A stretch of 64,000 nt of DNA from Lytechinus pictus (GCF_037042905.1 NC_087245.1:24926001-24990000), one strand, 5' to 3'. Counted from the first letter of the stretch, positions 1 to 13,799 are shown. Notes: generated by a model from the letters alone, not told the origin. Made by a program: numbers and translations.

Positions 1-575
1 CTTTCATTGAAAATTATTTTCAGATGCTTTTATTATTTGTTACCGTAATACTAGAGCAAAGGATGAAAGAATAAATACATGTCTAGGGAATTTTGAACGT
101 GTATATAAAAGTAATATCCGTTTAATCTCGGGCCTTTCTCGGTCTCTCAAGTTTGAGACCAGGAATCATGTAAACACCAAAAACGCTCTTCGGCTCTTGA
201 TGTTTACAAGTCAATACATGTTTTCATTATGCATTTAACATATCAAAGTTGATTTCCAAACCTCAGTATTATTTTTATCGAAAATGTCAAAATTCTCGAT
301 TTTATTCCCACAGTGTATAAATGCTGTTTAACTTTAAGTCCATCACGCTAAAAACTAATTATTTAAGCTTTAAAAAGGATGTTAAACTGTTTTGAAGTTC
401 TTTAAAAATAATTCACCAATTAAGAATTATATTAAATGTTTAAACAACTTGGGAGTTATGGGCTGAAACGTGCTATTTTTTTTACCATGCAGATTATTTC
501 AAATTATAACAAAGTAACAAAAGTGGTATCAACTTGAAGGAATGTAATTTTCTTTCATATAAAGTATTTTCTTAC

Positions 576-1244
576 TTAGATCGTCCAGCGTTCTCGATAC
601 AGCCAGGATATAGGCAGCAGCTTGGCGCCCTCGACTTCTGATCTGGGCTGCTTCTTGCCAAGGTGGTTCTCCGCCGCTTTGAGTTTCAGTGTCTCCCTTC
701 CAGCTATTTCGAAAGCCGACACCGTCTCCTCCTCCCCGCCTACTAGATGACAAAACAAAATTAGGGCAGTATAGTGTTAAATCTCGCGTCTTAATATGAA
801 TTAATATGATCTCGCTAAATGCTGACAATGCGGTGGTTTTTTTTTATGTCAAACCGTGAGTGAAATGAAAACCCCCTCTGTTGATTAGGCCTACGGCCTT
901 CTCGTTAAAAAAATGGATTAGGCGTCTTTCTTACATCATATAATTAAATGTACTTTAAAATAAATTACAACCAATGGAATAAGCTTCACTATCTTTGTAT
1001 TTCAGTAGAAATGTAAATTAATCATATTGATTTTAATACAAGCTTGAAGAAATAAGTTTCATTATCTATCAAAGCAAAGGGATAAACCATTTGACCACAT
1101 CATCGCATAGGCTCTGAACATTAGCATGCCTCTGTTTAAAGTAACAAAAAGGTCATTAAAATTTAACTTTATGCCTTTAACAGTTTATAAAAATACATGA
1201 TTCAAATAATAATCTAACCTTTATTCTTACCTTTCTGATGACAT
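576..1244 (-). CDS. Probable first coding exons of an unidentified gene running off the left edge (CDS 1244..1231 joined to 739..576)
   Basis: Small exon 1257..1231 (ccttcag acceptor, AAG|gtaaga donor) contains ATG TCA TCA GAA AG. It joins in phase to the GC-rich exon 739..576 (tctagtag acceptor, A|gtaag donor), giving MSSERRGGGDGVGFRNSWKGDTETQSGGEPPWQEAAQIRSRGRQAAAYILAVSRTLDDL. No family recognised. Confidence 0.45.
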
Positions 1245-2712
1245 TAAATATCTAAATCTGAAGGATGCTATTGATAAACGTGAAATCGTAGCCCCTCATT
1301 CGAACAAAATGCGATCTAATAATGATCTGTTAAAGCGCGGATGAATAAATTTTCGCATCTTGGGTTAGCGGTGCATGCATCTGGCATAACAACAACGGCA
1401 TTCGCCATCGTAAAACTTTAATCCAAAACAGCCTTCCAATCTGTCAGTGGTGACTGGGGACGGATACAGGTTTATTCAAATGATGAGGGGGTGGCACAAG
1501 ACATTGCTGACCACCCCCTAGCCCCCCCCCCCAGAAAAAGGGGTTATCATGCTAATAAGTAATAATTTCCTTCTTATTTTAGGGACAGTTTTCAGCATCC
1601 CCCCCCCCCGATCCACCAATAGTAATCATGCATTGGGTAGTTTTAAAACACCGCAAGTATGAAAAGAGGGTATATAAGGATAAATTAATTATTGAAACGA
1701 AACTGTTATTATATTAACAGACATGTATGAATGTTGATAGACCAAAATCGAATACAAACTGAGACTATTAAAAACAAAGGACAAACGATTAATAATACAA
1801 TTCCATTTTAGTTAGATGGCTCTGATGAAAATTACATCAGTTTTCAACACACCTTCTTTTCCCAGTTACCAAGGTGATACCCTGCATGCCCCCACCCATA
1901 GACGTAGTCCATGCACTATTTTCTTTTCGGTGGATAAACTCGAATAAAGTAAAGCGGTCATTTGGCAGTCCGTCAGCCGAAGATTTGTTTGACGGCGAAA
2001 TATCTAATTCACCTGCATTTTATTTGTACTGGTCATTATCAGGGGAGTGGTTCATGAAAGAAAATAGCCAGTGATTTTCACTAACAAATTGACTCTGAGC
2101 CAATCGGATGCAACGATTTTGGTAGCTTATAACAATAGTCAGTTGCCGTTAGCATGGTAGACCAGATATACTCAATGACGCACTATAGCTTGTGGCAGGT
2201 GTCTTGCATTCTTATACGCCAAGATAATAGATGTTTATTTCACTTTAGCTTGCGCGATTAGACAATTAACTTGGATTCCTTGTTATGTAGATTTTTTAAA
2301 GTCACTTGCAATGAATGAACAGAGTATTAATCTGCGCATGAAAAAGGCACCATGTTATATTTAAACGGAACCAGTTTCATAAATTAATTTTGCACAGGTC
2401 TCCATTAACTGCGCCCCTCATACAGTTATCATGTCCCCCCCCCTGATTTTACCAAAGAATTTTTCATTGTGTTTACTCTCTTGCGGAAAATGTTCCCCTA
2501 TTGAATTAATTACCTGAAACTTCTTCCTCTAAATATTTATTTATATTCATACATTCATTGATAGCTGGATTGATTCGTCAATTTATGTGTTTCGTCATTT
2601 ATTCATAATTACTTTGTTGATTCATTGCTTGTCAGAAACATATGCAAATATTTTTTACTGATGCTTATCCGGCGTAGCAACAATAAATACAGTGTATTCT
2701 ATCCATTTATAG

Positions 2713-2975
2713 AATAATAATAGCTGTATTTATGAAGCGCCTTTTGCCTGAGGATACAAAGCGCTGCTTTTATTACCCCGGCTGTAGCTCGAGCTACCAT
2801 CAACGGCGCTCAGTGCATGCAAGGAAATAATCCTGCCGGGTACCCATTCACCTCACCTGGGTCGAGTGCAGCACAGTGCGGATAAATCTCTTGCTGAAGG
2901 AAAACACGCCATGGTTAGGATTCGAACCCACGACCCTCTGTTTGAAAGGCGAGAGTCAGAACCACTAGACCACGA
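2713..2975 (-). mobile_element. tRNA-derived SINE
   Basis: On -: A-box (tggtctagtgg), B-box (gggttcgaatcc), central cacTcgacccaggtg...aatgggtacc core and (TAT)n tail. Confidence 0.9.
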
Positions 2976-3418
2976 TTCGCCATCGTCAAACGTTAATCCA
3001 ATAAACAGCCTTCCAATTGTGTCAGTGGTCACTGGGGCGGATTAAGGTTTATATAGAAATGATGAGGGGATGGCACAAGAAATTGCTGACCACCCCCTAG
3101 CTTCCCCCGGAAAAAATGGCTTATCATGCAAATAAGTAATAATTTCCTTCTTATTTTAAAAGGGACAGTTTTCAGCAGCACCCCCCCCCCCCATTCAGCA
3201 ATTGTAATCATGGTTATCACATTGGGCAGTTCTAAAACACCGCTAGCATGTAAAGAGGTTATATACGGATAAATTAATTATTGAAACGAAACTGTCATTA
3301 TAATAACAGACATGTATGAATATTGATAGACCAACATCGAATACAAACTGAGACTATTAAAAACAAAGGACAAACGATTCATAATACAATCGAGAGCGGG
3401 GAGAAGAATGCACATGGG

Positions 3419-3821
3419 GGTTTATTTTTAATTGGTCTAATGCCATTTCGTCCAATTACCCACTCGTGTACTGTCATTTGGTCTACCATCATTTCATCCA
3501 CTATCGACACGATCTAATTGCCATTTCGTCCACTCACAATTTCGTCTAATAACCTGTTGGTCCAATAACCATTTAGTCCATATACTATTTGGTCTAATTG
3601 GACTAAGTGTTAATTGGGCAAAATGAATGAAAATGAAATGGATATTAAACCAACTGATTATTATACGAAATGGTCATAGACGAACTGGTGATTGGACGAA
3701 ATTATGATTGGACCAAATAGTCGTTAGACGAAATGTTGATGGATGGAATGGCATTAAATTAAATGAAGGTAGACCATGTGATGAATGGATGAGTTGGTAA
3801 TAGACGAATTGGCAATTTACC
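3419..3821. mobile_element. ~403-bp MITE, GG...ACC ends, 8-bp TSD (Merlin-like by end structure)
   Basis: TSD cacatggg on both sides; internal inverted arrays of ttcgtc/gacgaa; same family at ~5284 and 18892. Confidence 0.8.
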
Positions 3822-5283
3822 CACATGGGGCGCGTCAAAACTGACCCCAGACAGAACGATGGTGGTGTTTGGTCAGTGTCATTTTATTGTTTTATTTCAC
3901 TATTTTCATAATCAAATTTGAGAAAATCAGTATTGTCTATAATATTCCATTTTAGTTAGATGGCTCTGATAGAAATTACATTAGTTTTCAACACACCTTC
4001 TCCCCCCACTTTTTTTGTCAATCCTTGAAAAAAAAAATTACCTAGGTGATATCCTGCATGCCCCCACCCATAGAGGTAGTCCATGCACTATTTTCTTTTC
4101 GGTGGATAAACTTGAATAAAGTAAAGCGGTCATTTGGCAGTCCGTCAGCCGAAGATTTGTTTGACGGCGAAATATCTAATTCACCTGCAATCTTGTGTAC
4201 TGGTCATAATCAGGGGAGTGGTTCATGAAACAAAATAGCCAGTGATTTTCACTAACAAATTGACTCTGAGCCAATGGGATGCAAGGATTTTGGTAGCTTA
4301 TAACAATAGTCAGTTGTCGTAGCATGGTAGACCAGATATACCCAATGACGCACTAGCTTGTGGCAGGTGTCTTGCATTCTTACGCCAAGATAATAGATGT
4401 TTATTTCACTTTAGCTTGCGCGATTAGACAATTAACTAGGTTTCCTTGTTACGTAGATTTTTTAAAGTCACTTGCAATGAATGAACAGAGTATTAATCTG
4501 TGCATGAAAAAGGCACCATGTTATATTTCAACGGAACCAGTTTCATAAATTAATTTTGCACAGGTCTCCATTAACTACGCCCCTCACACAGTTTTCATTC
4601 TCCCCCCCCCCCCTGATTTTACCAAAGATTTTTTTCATTGTGCTCACTCTCATGCGAAAAATGTTCCCCTATCAAATTAATTACCTGAAACTTCTTCCTC
4701 TAAATATTTATTTACATTCATACATTCATTAATAGCTGGATTGATTCGTCAATTTATTTGTTTCTTCATTTATTCATAATTACTTTTGTTGATTCATTGC
4801 TTGTCAGAATCATATGCAAATATTTTTAATTGATGCACATCTGGCATAGCAACAATAAATACAGTGTATGCTATCAATTTATACAGCATTCGCCATCGTC
4901 AAACGTTAATCCAAACAGCCTTCCAATTGTGTCAGTGGTCACTGGGGCGGATTAAGGTTTCTTTGTCTCTGGCACGAGAAATTGCTGACCACCCCCTAGC
5001 TCCCCCAGAAAAAGGGGTTATCATGCAAATAAGTAATACTTTCCTTCTTATTTTAGGGACAGTTTCCAGCATCCCCCCCCCCCGATCCACCTATAGTAAC
5101 CATGCATTGGGTAGTTCTTAAACACCGCAAGCATGAAAAGAGGGTAAATAAGTATAAGTTAATTATTGAAACGAAACTGTCATAATTGATAGGCCAAAAT
5201 CGAATACAAACTGAGGTTATTAAAAACAAAGGATAAACGATTCATAATACGATAGAGAGCGGGGAGAAGGGTGCACATGAGGG

Positions 5284-5686
5284 GGGTATTTTCAATTGGT
5301 CTAATGCCAATTCGTCCAATTACCCACTCGTCTACTGTCATTTGGTCTACCATCAGTTCGTCCACTATAGACATGATCTAATTGCCATTTCATCCACTTA
5401 TCATTTCGTCTAATAACCTGTTGGTCCAATAACCATTTAGTCCATATACCATTTTGGTCTAATTGGACTAAGTGTTAATTGGGCAAAATGAATAAAAATA
5501 AAATGCATATTAGACCAACTGATTAATATGCAAAATATTCATAGACGAAGTGGTGATTAGACGAAATGATGATTGGACAAAATGGTCGTTAGACGAAATG
5601 TTGATGGATGGAATGGCATTAAACTAAATGAAGGTAGAACATGGGATGAGTGGACGAGTTGGTAATAGACGAATTGGCAATTTACC
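5284..5686. mobile_element. Same ~403-bp MITE, copied by the tandem duplication
   Basis: Near-identical to 3419..3821 in the same flanking context. Confidence 0.8.
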
Positions 5687-7147
5687 CACATGGGGAGCGT
5701 TAGAACTGACCCCAGACAGAACGACGCTGGTGTTTCGTCAGTGTCATTATATTGTTTTATTTCACTATTTTCATAATCTAATTTGAGAAAATCAGTATTG
5801 TCTATAACATTCCATTTTAGTTAGATGGCTCTGATGAAAATTACATCAGTTTTCAACACACCTTCTTCCCCCTTTTTTCAATCCTTGAAACCAAAAATTA
5901 CCCAGGTAATATCCTGCATGCCCCCAACCATAGACGTAGTCCATGCACTATTTTCTTTTCGCTGGATAAACTTGAATAAAAGTAAAACAGTTATTTGGCA
6001 GTCCGTCGGCCGAAGATTTGTTTGACGGCGAAGTATCTAATTCACGTGCATTTTATTTGTACTGGTCATTATCAGGGGAGTGGTTCATGAAAGAAAATAG
6101 CCAGTGATTTTCACTAACAAATTGACTCTGAGCCAATGGGATGCAACGATTTTGGTAGCTTATAACAATAGTCAGTTGCCGCTAGCATGGTAGACCAAAA
6201 TGACCAGACCAGTGGCACATGTGGCAGGTGTCTAGCATTCTTACGCCAAGATAATAGATGTTTATTTCACTTGAGCTTGCACGAATGAAATAGCAATTCA
6301 ACTTGGATGGCTTATCCAAAACATGGAAAGCATAATGTGTACGTGGGAGAATGTCCTGATCTGACCAAGCAGCTAATCACACGCCCCTGACCCCAATAAT
6401 GTTTCTATGTTATGCGAGGGCAACTATAATATATAGAGTATCTATTTTTTTTCCTTTGTGGTCGAAACTTATTTTTGTGGGGAGGGCTTGAGTGATTTTT
6501 TTTTTTTGGGGGGGGCTTCAGCCCTATGCTTCAGCCCCCAAAGTTTTCCTCTTGAACCGCGCCTGGCGAGCGCGAATCGCGAGCGAAACATTCATTAAAA
6601 GGCTTGCTATTTGCAAATTATCCTCCTCCTCTAATTTTCGCCACTCCGATCATTCTTCCTCCTTTTCTTTTTTTTTCTTCCTCTTCTTTTCTTCATATTA
6701 TCCTCCCTTTTTCCCTTTTTTTCTACCTCCTCTTCCCTTTTTTTTTTTTTTTTTTAAGATTCCTCCTTTTTCTGCTTCGCCAATTGACGGGGGCGGCGCA
6801 GCAGCTGCTTCACCCTCCTTTATTTTACAATATGTTTCCCGCCCTGATCTATTGATTTTTGGACGAGAGAAGGCAATGGATTTGAGGCTATTAGATTCAC
6901 AATTTTGTTGGAAAAAAGATAGCAACTGATATTTCTCCTTTACTGGTAAATGCTAATATGGGTTCACCTCAATGGCCTTACCCAATATTGGTAGGAGGGC
7001 AGTTGCACCCTTTTTTTTTTGGCTGAAAACTATGGTGATTTATGTTAAGCGTCCACATTCCCGCTGCAAAAAAATCCTTGCACAGCCCAAAGTACCGTCG
7101 AAAGTTTGCATGATTAACCATTTTCCCTTGATAAGGTGGGCCCAGAT

Positions 7148-8208
7148 CAGGCGCGTAGCCAGGGGGGCGGTTGGGGTGGTCGCCCCCCCCCCCCAAAAAA
7201 AAAAAAAAAAAAAAAAAAACGCTCCCATAAAGAAAAAAATAAAAGGAGAAAAGGAGAAAAAGAAAAAGCGAAAGGAGAAAAGGGAAGAAAGGTATATATA
7301 GCTTTGTTGTCTTTTCCCTATTTTGGGGGTTAAAAGAATAAAAACTTAAACGAAACCTTCTTCTCTCTTTATACAAAAAATTTGCTTAATTGCCATTCCC
7401 TTTTGTTTCCCACACCTTTTTTTCTACTCCATTTTTCTCCTTCCCGGCTGTGGGAATCGTATATTCTTGCCAGAAATTATAAGGTATACATGGGTGTAAA
7501 GAGAATGACAAGTATTTTTTCAAATATTGCATTGACACAAAAATTTAGCTCTTCTTTTCGGAGCGGGTAAACATTTCCGTCACTCCCCGAGTCCCCAAAT
7601 GCTATTTCTTCCGCTTTTCAGCAAGTAATTTTTGTCAAAGTATCGGCTCAAAGGGGAGGCATTAAATTCGTGCCGTGCTATATGCAAAATTATGTACGAT
7701 ATTAAACTTTATGCTATATGGTTGCACATCTATGTCTTGTTTTGCGTCATTGATTTGAAATTTTGAATATCACTGAAGTTTCTTAATCAAAACGAAGCGC
7801 TTAATATGAGCGAAATTACACATTTTTTTCCCAAAATAAATCACAAAGGTTTCCGTGCTTCGCGAGCATGGGAAGGGAAAAGTCTCTCTTTCTCATTTGA
7901 GATCGTTTTTCTTCTCAATCGAGTTATATATAATCTAAGAAATATCAATATTAGAACAGTTTTGTTTTAATCTTAGCAAGTCAATATTCGAGTTGATAAG
8001 GGTACTAGAGACGCAAGAGACGCCTTCTTTTTATTTGAATTTGATGAGATATCGAAAACTTCGCGCTCCGCGCGGGAGGGGGGAAACTACCCCCCCTTCC
8101 TGCACCCCCCCCCCCCCCAGGGAGCGCGCTTCGCGCGCTCTTCAAGTGTTGGCACGCTTCGCGTGCACTTACCGCCCCCTCCAAAATTAAATCCTGGCTA
8201 CGCGGTTG
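7148..8208. mobile_element. Non-autonomous DNA element with caggcgcgtagccagg / cctggctacgcggttg inverted ends
   Basis: Imperfect TIRs, poly-G/poly-C subtermini and gcgcttcgcgc motifs. TSD only partial (gccca). Confidence 0.65.
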
Positions 8209-8896
8209 GCCCCACTGATCTCTCCACTAACTGGATATGCGGGGAGGGTCCTTTGTTTTGAAGCCCGCGAGTTCTATTTTCCGCCATACCAGTTCCCCCA
8301 AAAGGAACGCGATCGCTCCACTAGCATTTGCATTGTGAGCGATATAGCTGTCTGTACACTGAAGGTCTCATTGCTTTTCATATAAAACTTCATATATTAA
8401 AGGTGCCAGAATTCGCAATTTTCTTGAAACCATGGTACTTTCCCAGTACATTTCGGAAACATAATTTTGAAGGGGTTGGTGTTTTTCTCACCTAAGGAAG
8501 AATGGATGAAATCCTTGACTTGTCTAGGGGTATTTTGGAGGTTTGCCACATAACATCTTAGGGATAGGGCGAGGACTTTCTAGGTTATGCAGGCTTATAA
8601 CACTGGGCTTGAAACCCCCTTTTATTTAAGTCCACCCCCCCCCCCAAAATAAATCAAACAAGCATATATAACACCAAAAAATTAATCGCTTAAGTAAAAC
8701 TGTAAAATATCATAACTTTCATATTTTACTTCTGATTTTGATTAAATTTTCAGCATTATTGTGGTTTTTTTTACTCTATTCAAATAATCTTTTCCATGAG
8801 GTGGACTCGCCCTTTAAGAGTGTCTCTCTCTCTCTCTCCCTCCGTCACATTGATCGACCCTCTTCAATTATCCTCTCCCCAGTTTGTTCATAGTAT

Positions 8897-9245
8897 AGGC
8901 AGCGGAAGCGGGGGGGGGGGTCCTGTCCCCCCTAAATTTTAGGTGGGGGTCAGACCCCCCAAAATTTATGTTGATAACCTTTTTTGTTCTTTTTGCTTGT
9001 CAATTTTGTTTCCTGCATCCCCCCTAAATTAAGATGGACCCCCTAAAATTGTTGTGGTCCGCCCTAAAATTCTGGTTGATAACCTTTTTTTTTGCTTGTC
9101 AGATTATTTCTTTTGTTTTGCATCCCTCCCTAAATTTTGGGTTGATAACCTTTTTTTTTGCTTGTCAGAGTATTTTTCTTGCATCACCCCCCTAATTTTT
9201 TGGTTGATAACCCCCCCCCCTTTTTTTTTTGCTCCACCGAGACAT
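8897..9245. mobile_element. MITE with internal ~60-bp repeats (gttgataaccttttttt...gcttgtca)
   Basis: Four repeated units between ggcagcggaagc and gctccaccg ends. Confidence 0.55.
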
Positions 9246-9962
9246 TTTTTTCTTTGAAGACATTCATCATCTCAAAATAAGTTTTGTGAAATTTCTGAAA
9301 TCTGTAAATCCGTCTCTGTAGCCTAATGTCTTTTATGTACTTTTTTTTTAAATAAGTTCTTGGAAAAATAATTAGATCTATTGTTGACAGAGAAATATCA
9401 CAAATTCACATGCCACAAGTTACATTAGCCTCCTAAAGTCCTAGTCCTACCGTACATGTACGTACCTTTAGCTTGTAAATTTTATTGTCCTTTCCAAGGA
9501 AATTAACACAAATAAAAGATAAAATAATTTCCAGAATACCTTGTAGATCTAGTCCTTGACCGAAAAAATCAGTCTATTTCGGTCAGGATCTGTGCTTCAC
9601 AAAAAATCTATTTTTTTAAACTCCTCCGAAACGGCAGATTTTTCAGTCTTATAGTCAAGTTTCAGAATACAGGCTACACGGTCAGTATTTTCGTGTCTCG
9701 TGATATTCTTCTGTCCAAACATGACTGATAAACTCATAAAACTTGGTCACAGTTATGAATATTAATAAACTGAATATTTATTTGAATCATGGTTTAAATT
9801 CATCACGCTTCCAGAGAAATTACAACAATCGATAACCCCCCCCCCCCCTGGAGTTTTAAAGTTTTGGAAACCTGCTCTGGTAATTTAGAATTATTACACA
9901 TGTATTTGAGCACATGGGACTACATAAAGTCTACAACTAAGCAGTTCACCAGCTTGTCTTAT

Positions 9963-10039
9963 CTGTGAAAAGTAACCCCTTTTTCTCTGTTTCCACGGTC
10001 GTCCCGATTAGTGCAATCATACGTGGCACAGGACGGCAT
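9963..10039 (-). pseudogene. THAP zinc-finger N-terminal exon, probably a relic of a THAP-carrying DNA transposon; splice donor mutated
   Basis: MPSCATYDCTNRDDRGNREKGVTFHR fits the THAP M-x-x-C-x4-C...FH-R start. The exon ends CAG|ataag where gtaag is expected. No second THAP exon was found. Confidence 0.7.
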
Positions 10040-10436
10040 CTTTAACTTTGTATCAGGTATAAATTCACATTGAAAAGTGCTGTAATAAGAGTTGATCTGG
10101 TAAGTATAAATAAGAATTGACACTATTGCCGTGAACCAGACTCTACTTCGATTTTGGCTTTTTTGGGGGAACTCGGCGTGCGGAGGTACCAACTTCCGGT
10201 GCTTCAACACGGTATAGGCCAATCAGCGTGATTGTTCCCATCCAGATAGGGGAGAGATCAGTGGTTGGCCCAGATGTTTGCACCCAATTCAGAATTCTAT
10301 AGGCACTGGTGTAAATTCAACCAACCCACCTATTGTTTAGAGGGTGTGGATCATTGTGTCATCCCCTACTTGAATAGCATGACGTCATTCAGTAGTGAAT
10401 ATTTACTCCTGTAGTTATTAGCCTTTTGACAAGGCC

Positions 10437-10971
10437 CCCGGGGGGCACTCGACCAAAAAAGTAGTGGGTATGTGCCGCAGGCGAGACAAAAAACGGGGGC
10501 CTTGGAGCGGGCTTATTGTAAAAAGGAGGGTCCTCGGAACGGGCTTCGGAACGACAAATGTTTGTGAAAACGGGGGTCCTTGGAACGGGTCGCTTGCGTG
10601 TGCACCCCTATGGAACGGGCATACGTGTATAGGCAGCTAGCCAGCGGCACGGGCGCCGGGTGCGCTCGCGCAGAGGCGATGGTCGGACAGCGCTCAGCGG
10701 CCGCTTTTCACCAAAATTGCAGCTCATTGTGGCGGATCAATGCGACCGGAACGGCGTAACGAAAAATATGCGAAGCTTAATTTGGAGCGGATTTCTTTCT
10801 TCTTTTCTCTCGATAAAAAGAAAATGCTATGCTTCGGAGCGGCTTTCTTAGTTCTTTTAAGATGAAAATGCTATGCCCTGGAACGGAAATTTGAGTGTAA
10901 AAATGGGGATCCCCTCCGCGGCACATACCCACTATGCATTATATACTGAGTGCCCCCCCCCCCCCCCCGGG
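10437..10971. mobile_element. Non-autonomous DNA transposon with CCCGGG termini and 8-bp TSD
   Basis: TIRs cccggggggcactc / gagtgccc...cggg; perfect TSD acaaggcc at 10429..10436 and 10972..10979. Confidence 0.85.
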
Positions 10972-12026
10972 ACAAGGCCTCGTGACTTGGGCTATATACC
11001 TCGTCAAGTATAGTGGATGAGACGAAACTAGCGGTCCACGAAGGAAAATGGCACGACCTAGTCTAGTTCTAGACGATTTCCATATGGAAAACTAGCGGAC
11101 AGAAGGTCCTCGCTGCACGCGCGCACCCTTATAACACGCAGAATTCCCTTGCATTATACCCTTTTTTCACAAACAAATGTGTATCAAGGACAAGCGTTGA
11201 TTCAGATAGAATTTCCGCCCCCCTGAAATGAATGGTAACAACTTCTTCTATCAGATGATCATAATTTTTTTTACATTCAATTGAAGGGAAATATGGCACT
11301 TTATTACATTAAAATCACTAGAAACCATCAATAGTCAGGAATATGTATTGGGATAATGGGTTTGGGGGACATTTTTATAGTACCCGGGTGGATTATTTCC
11401 GTCGTCACATCGGTGGGTGGTGGTATCATGAATTTCCGCCCAGATTACAATAAAGGGCACATTGTAAGGCAAATACTCATGAAAGAACCATGGAGATTGG
11501 TTAATAAGGAAATAGGGCACTTTTATCATCAAATCAGAGGAGATTTTCTTTGTGATAGTGATGTCCGAAGAGCAAACCTACACTCGTGACGGGTCCATTA
11601 TGTATACGAGGGGTGCATCCTAGCTTACCACTGCATAGCTAAGTCTGAAAATTAAGTTTTGCTTATTTCTTTCATTGTATAATGATGTTTTAATGTTCAA
11701 AGAACGATAATTCATGAAAATTGACTCAAAATATTGCGAATCAACGCTGAAACATTATCTGTGTATACATTTTATCCCTCTGTAATACTATTTCCCCCAT
11801 AAAGCCGCAATGGAACATTCCGCACCACTAGTCATACGATGATCGCGAGGTCTGCAAACGTCGTCTGCTATGTTTTTACATGTCCGGTACACTGCATACA
11901 AGTTTTCGATATGAATGAATTCTTTTCTCTGAGGCGACGTATCCTTCTATCTTTCTGCCGATTTTTTTTTCGGCGGAAAGGTTCTCGGATTTGCGCCCTC
12001 ACTCGGCTTGGTCGTACGCACGGGAT

Positions 12027-13076
12027 GCGCGTTTCCGTTTTACACCCTGGCGAAGGCATTTTCCGGAAAAATAGCCACAAAGCGACTAGTGAAGAGTCTA
12101 CGTCTACGTTTGTTTACATATACTGGGCGCGCGATCCAAAAGTCCGCACCGAAGATATCCGCAGAACATATCCGCAGAACATACGTGCAAATTCAGCTGA
12201 GCAGACCAAAAGCTTCAGTCTCTGTATTTTGGTTGTTCCGCTGAACTATATACGTTGGCTTCATGATTTTTTTTACTTTATCGCACATGATCGTTTATAT
12301 GAATGAAAACGAATAATAGCTAAAATATTGAAAAATAAAACACATAATTACTTTTTTTCATATTATATCTATCCTTATATATATCATATCTGTCTATCCA
12401 CTATCTATGTTATAAATCAATCTATGGTACTACATGATATATCTATCTGTTAATTTGTCTATCGACTCTGTCTCTCTCATTCTCTATCTACCTATCTATC
12501 TGTCTATCTATCTATCCATCTAACATCTATCTCTCAAATTCTCTATCTATCCATCTGTCTCTCTTTTATTTCTCTCTATCCATCTGTTAATCTACTCATG
12601 TGCAATATCAACACTGCTTCGACTTCCTTCGGGAGTCTATTTCCTCAGCTCTACTTTTCCCTTTTTTGTGCTCGATTTGATTCAATTACTACTTTATTTA
12701 CTTGTTACCATTGTTAAATGTCTTGTATTGCATAATGAGTTTTTTTTCTGAAGGTTGCCTCCTATTCTCTTTCAAATTCCACCTCTTTCTTTCCCTTCTC
12801 TTTGTCTTATCCCAATTTCTTTTTCCTTTTCTCACCTCTTTCTTCTTAATCTTTCATTCCGCTTTTTTCTTCTTTGGTGACACTTTACTTTTGGCCTTTT
12901 GTATTTTTTTATGATACATTTCTTTTTTATCTGTATGAATTTGTATTGTATTTGATATTTATTTATAATGTTTACTTTATATTTTGTTATGATTCTATTT
13001 GTATGTAAACATTCACTTATTTCAGTCTTTGACTGCTTGTGATTGTATTTGATAGTTTTTATTGCAATAAAATCCA

Positions 13077-13113
<37 letters not shown>

Positions 13114-13315
13114 AAATTCGCTCTATCTATCCATCTGGCTGTCTTTTTCTCTCTCTCTGTTTCTCTCTATCCGTCTATCTATCTCTCGAATTCTCTCTAT
13201 CCATCTGTCTGTCTGTCTCTCAAATTCTCTCTCTCTATCTATCTATCCCTCTGTCTGTCCTTTTCTCTCTATCCGTCTATGTATCTATCTCTCAAATTAT
13301 ATATCTATCTATCTT

Positions 13316-13364
<49 letters not shown>

Positions 13365-13799
13365 GTAACTACAGTATCTATCTATTAATCTTCTCTTTCT
13401 CTCTCTCTCTCTATCTATCCATCTGTCTTTCTCTAGTTCTCTCTCTCTCTCTATCAATCTATCTATCTATCTTCTATCTATCTATATATCTATCTATATG
13501 TAACTGCAGTATCTATCGATCTGTTAATTTGTCGCTCTTCTCTGTCTCTCTCATTCTTTATCTATCTAACATCTATCTATCTCTCAAATTATCTATCTCT
13601 CTCTCCCCCTCTCTCTATCTATCTATCCATATTTCTGTCTTTCTCTCTCTATCTATCTTCTATCTATTTATTTATCTATCTCTCAAATTCTATCTCTATC
13701 TATCTATGTAACTACAGTATCTATCTATCTGTTAATCTTCTGTCTCTCTCATTCTTTATCTATCTAACATCTATCTATCTCTATCTATCTCTCTCCATC

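Larger units (their letters stand above)
1375..6308. repeat. Diverged tandem triplication of a ~1.9-kb unit (third copy partial)
   Basis: The anchor attcgccatcgt recurs at ~1400, ~2975 and ~4888. Long blocks such as ttccattttagttagatggctctgat and gccgaagatttgtttgacggcgaa recur three times. Confidence 0.9.

Noticed and set aside
169..208. Hairpin tgtaaacaccaa / ttgatgtttaca resembling a miR-30-like sequence
   Set aside because: The stem is only 12 bp, too short for a pre-miRNA; it could equally be paired forkhead sites or chance.
1874..6025. Three similar ORFs (IPCMPPPIDVVHALFSFRWIN)
   Set aside because: Products of the tandem triplication; frames differ between copies and there are no supporting splice signals.
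6492..7570. Cluster of F-rich and K-rich ORFs on both strands
   Set aside because: Low-complexity poly-T/poly-A subtermini of MITEs.
11012..11030. tggatgagacgaaac as a minimal hammerhead core
   Set aside because: Lacks CUGA and I could not build the flanking helices.
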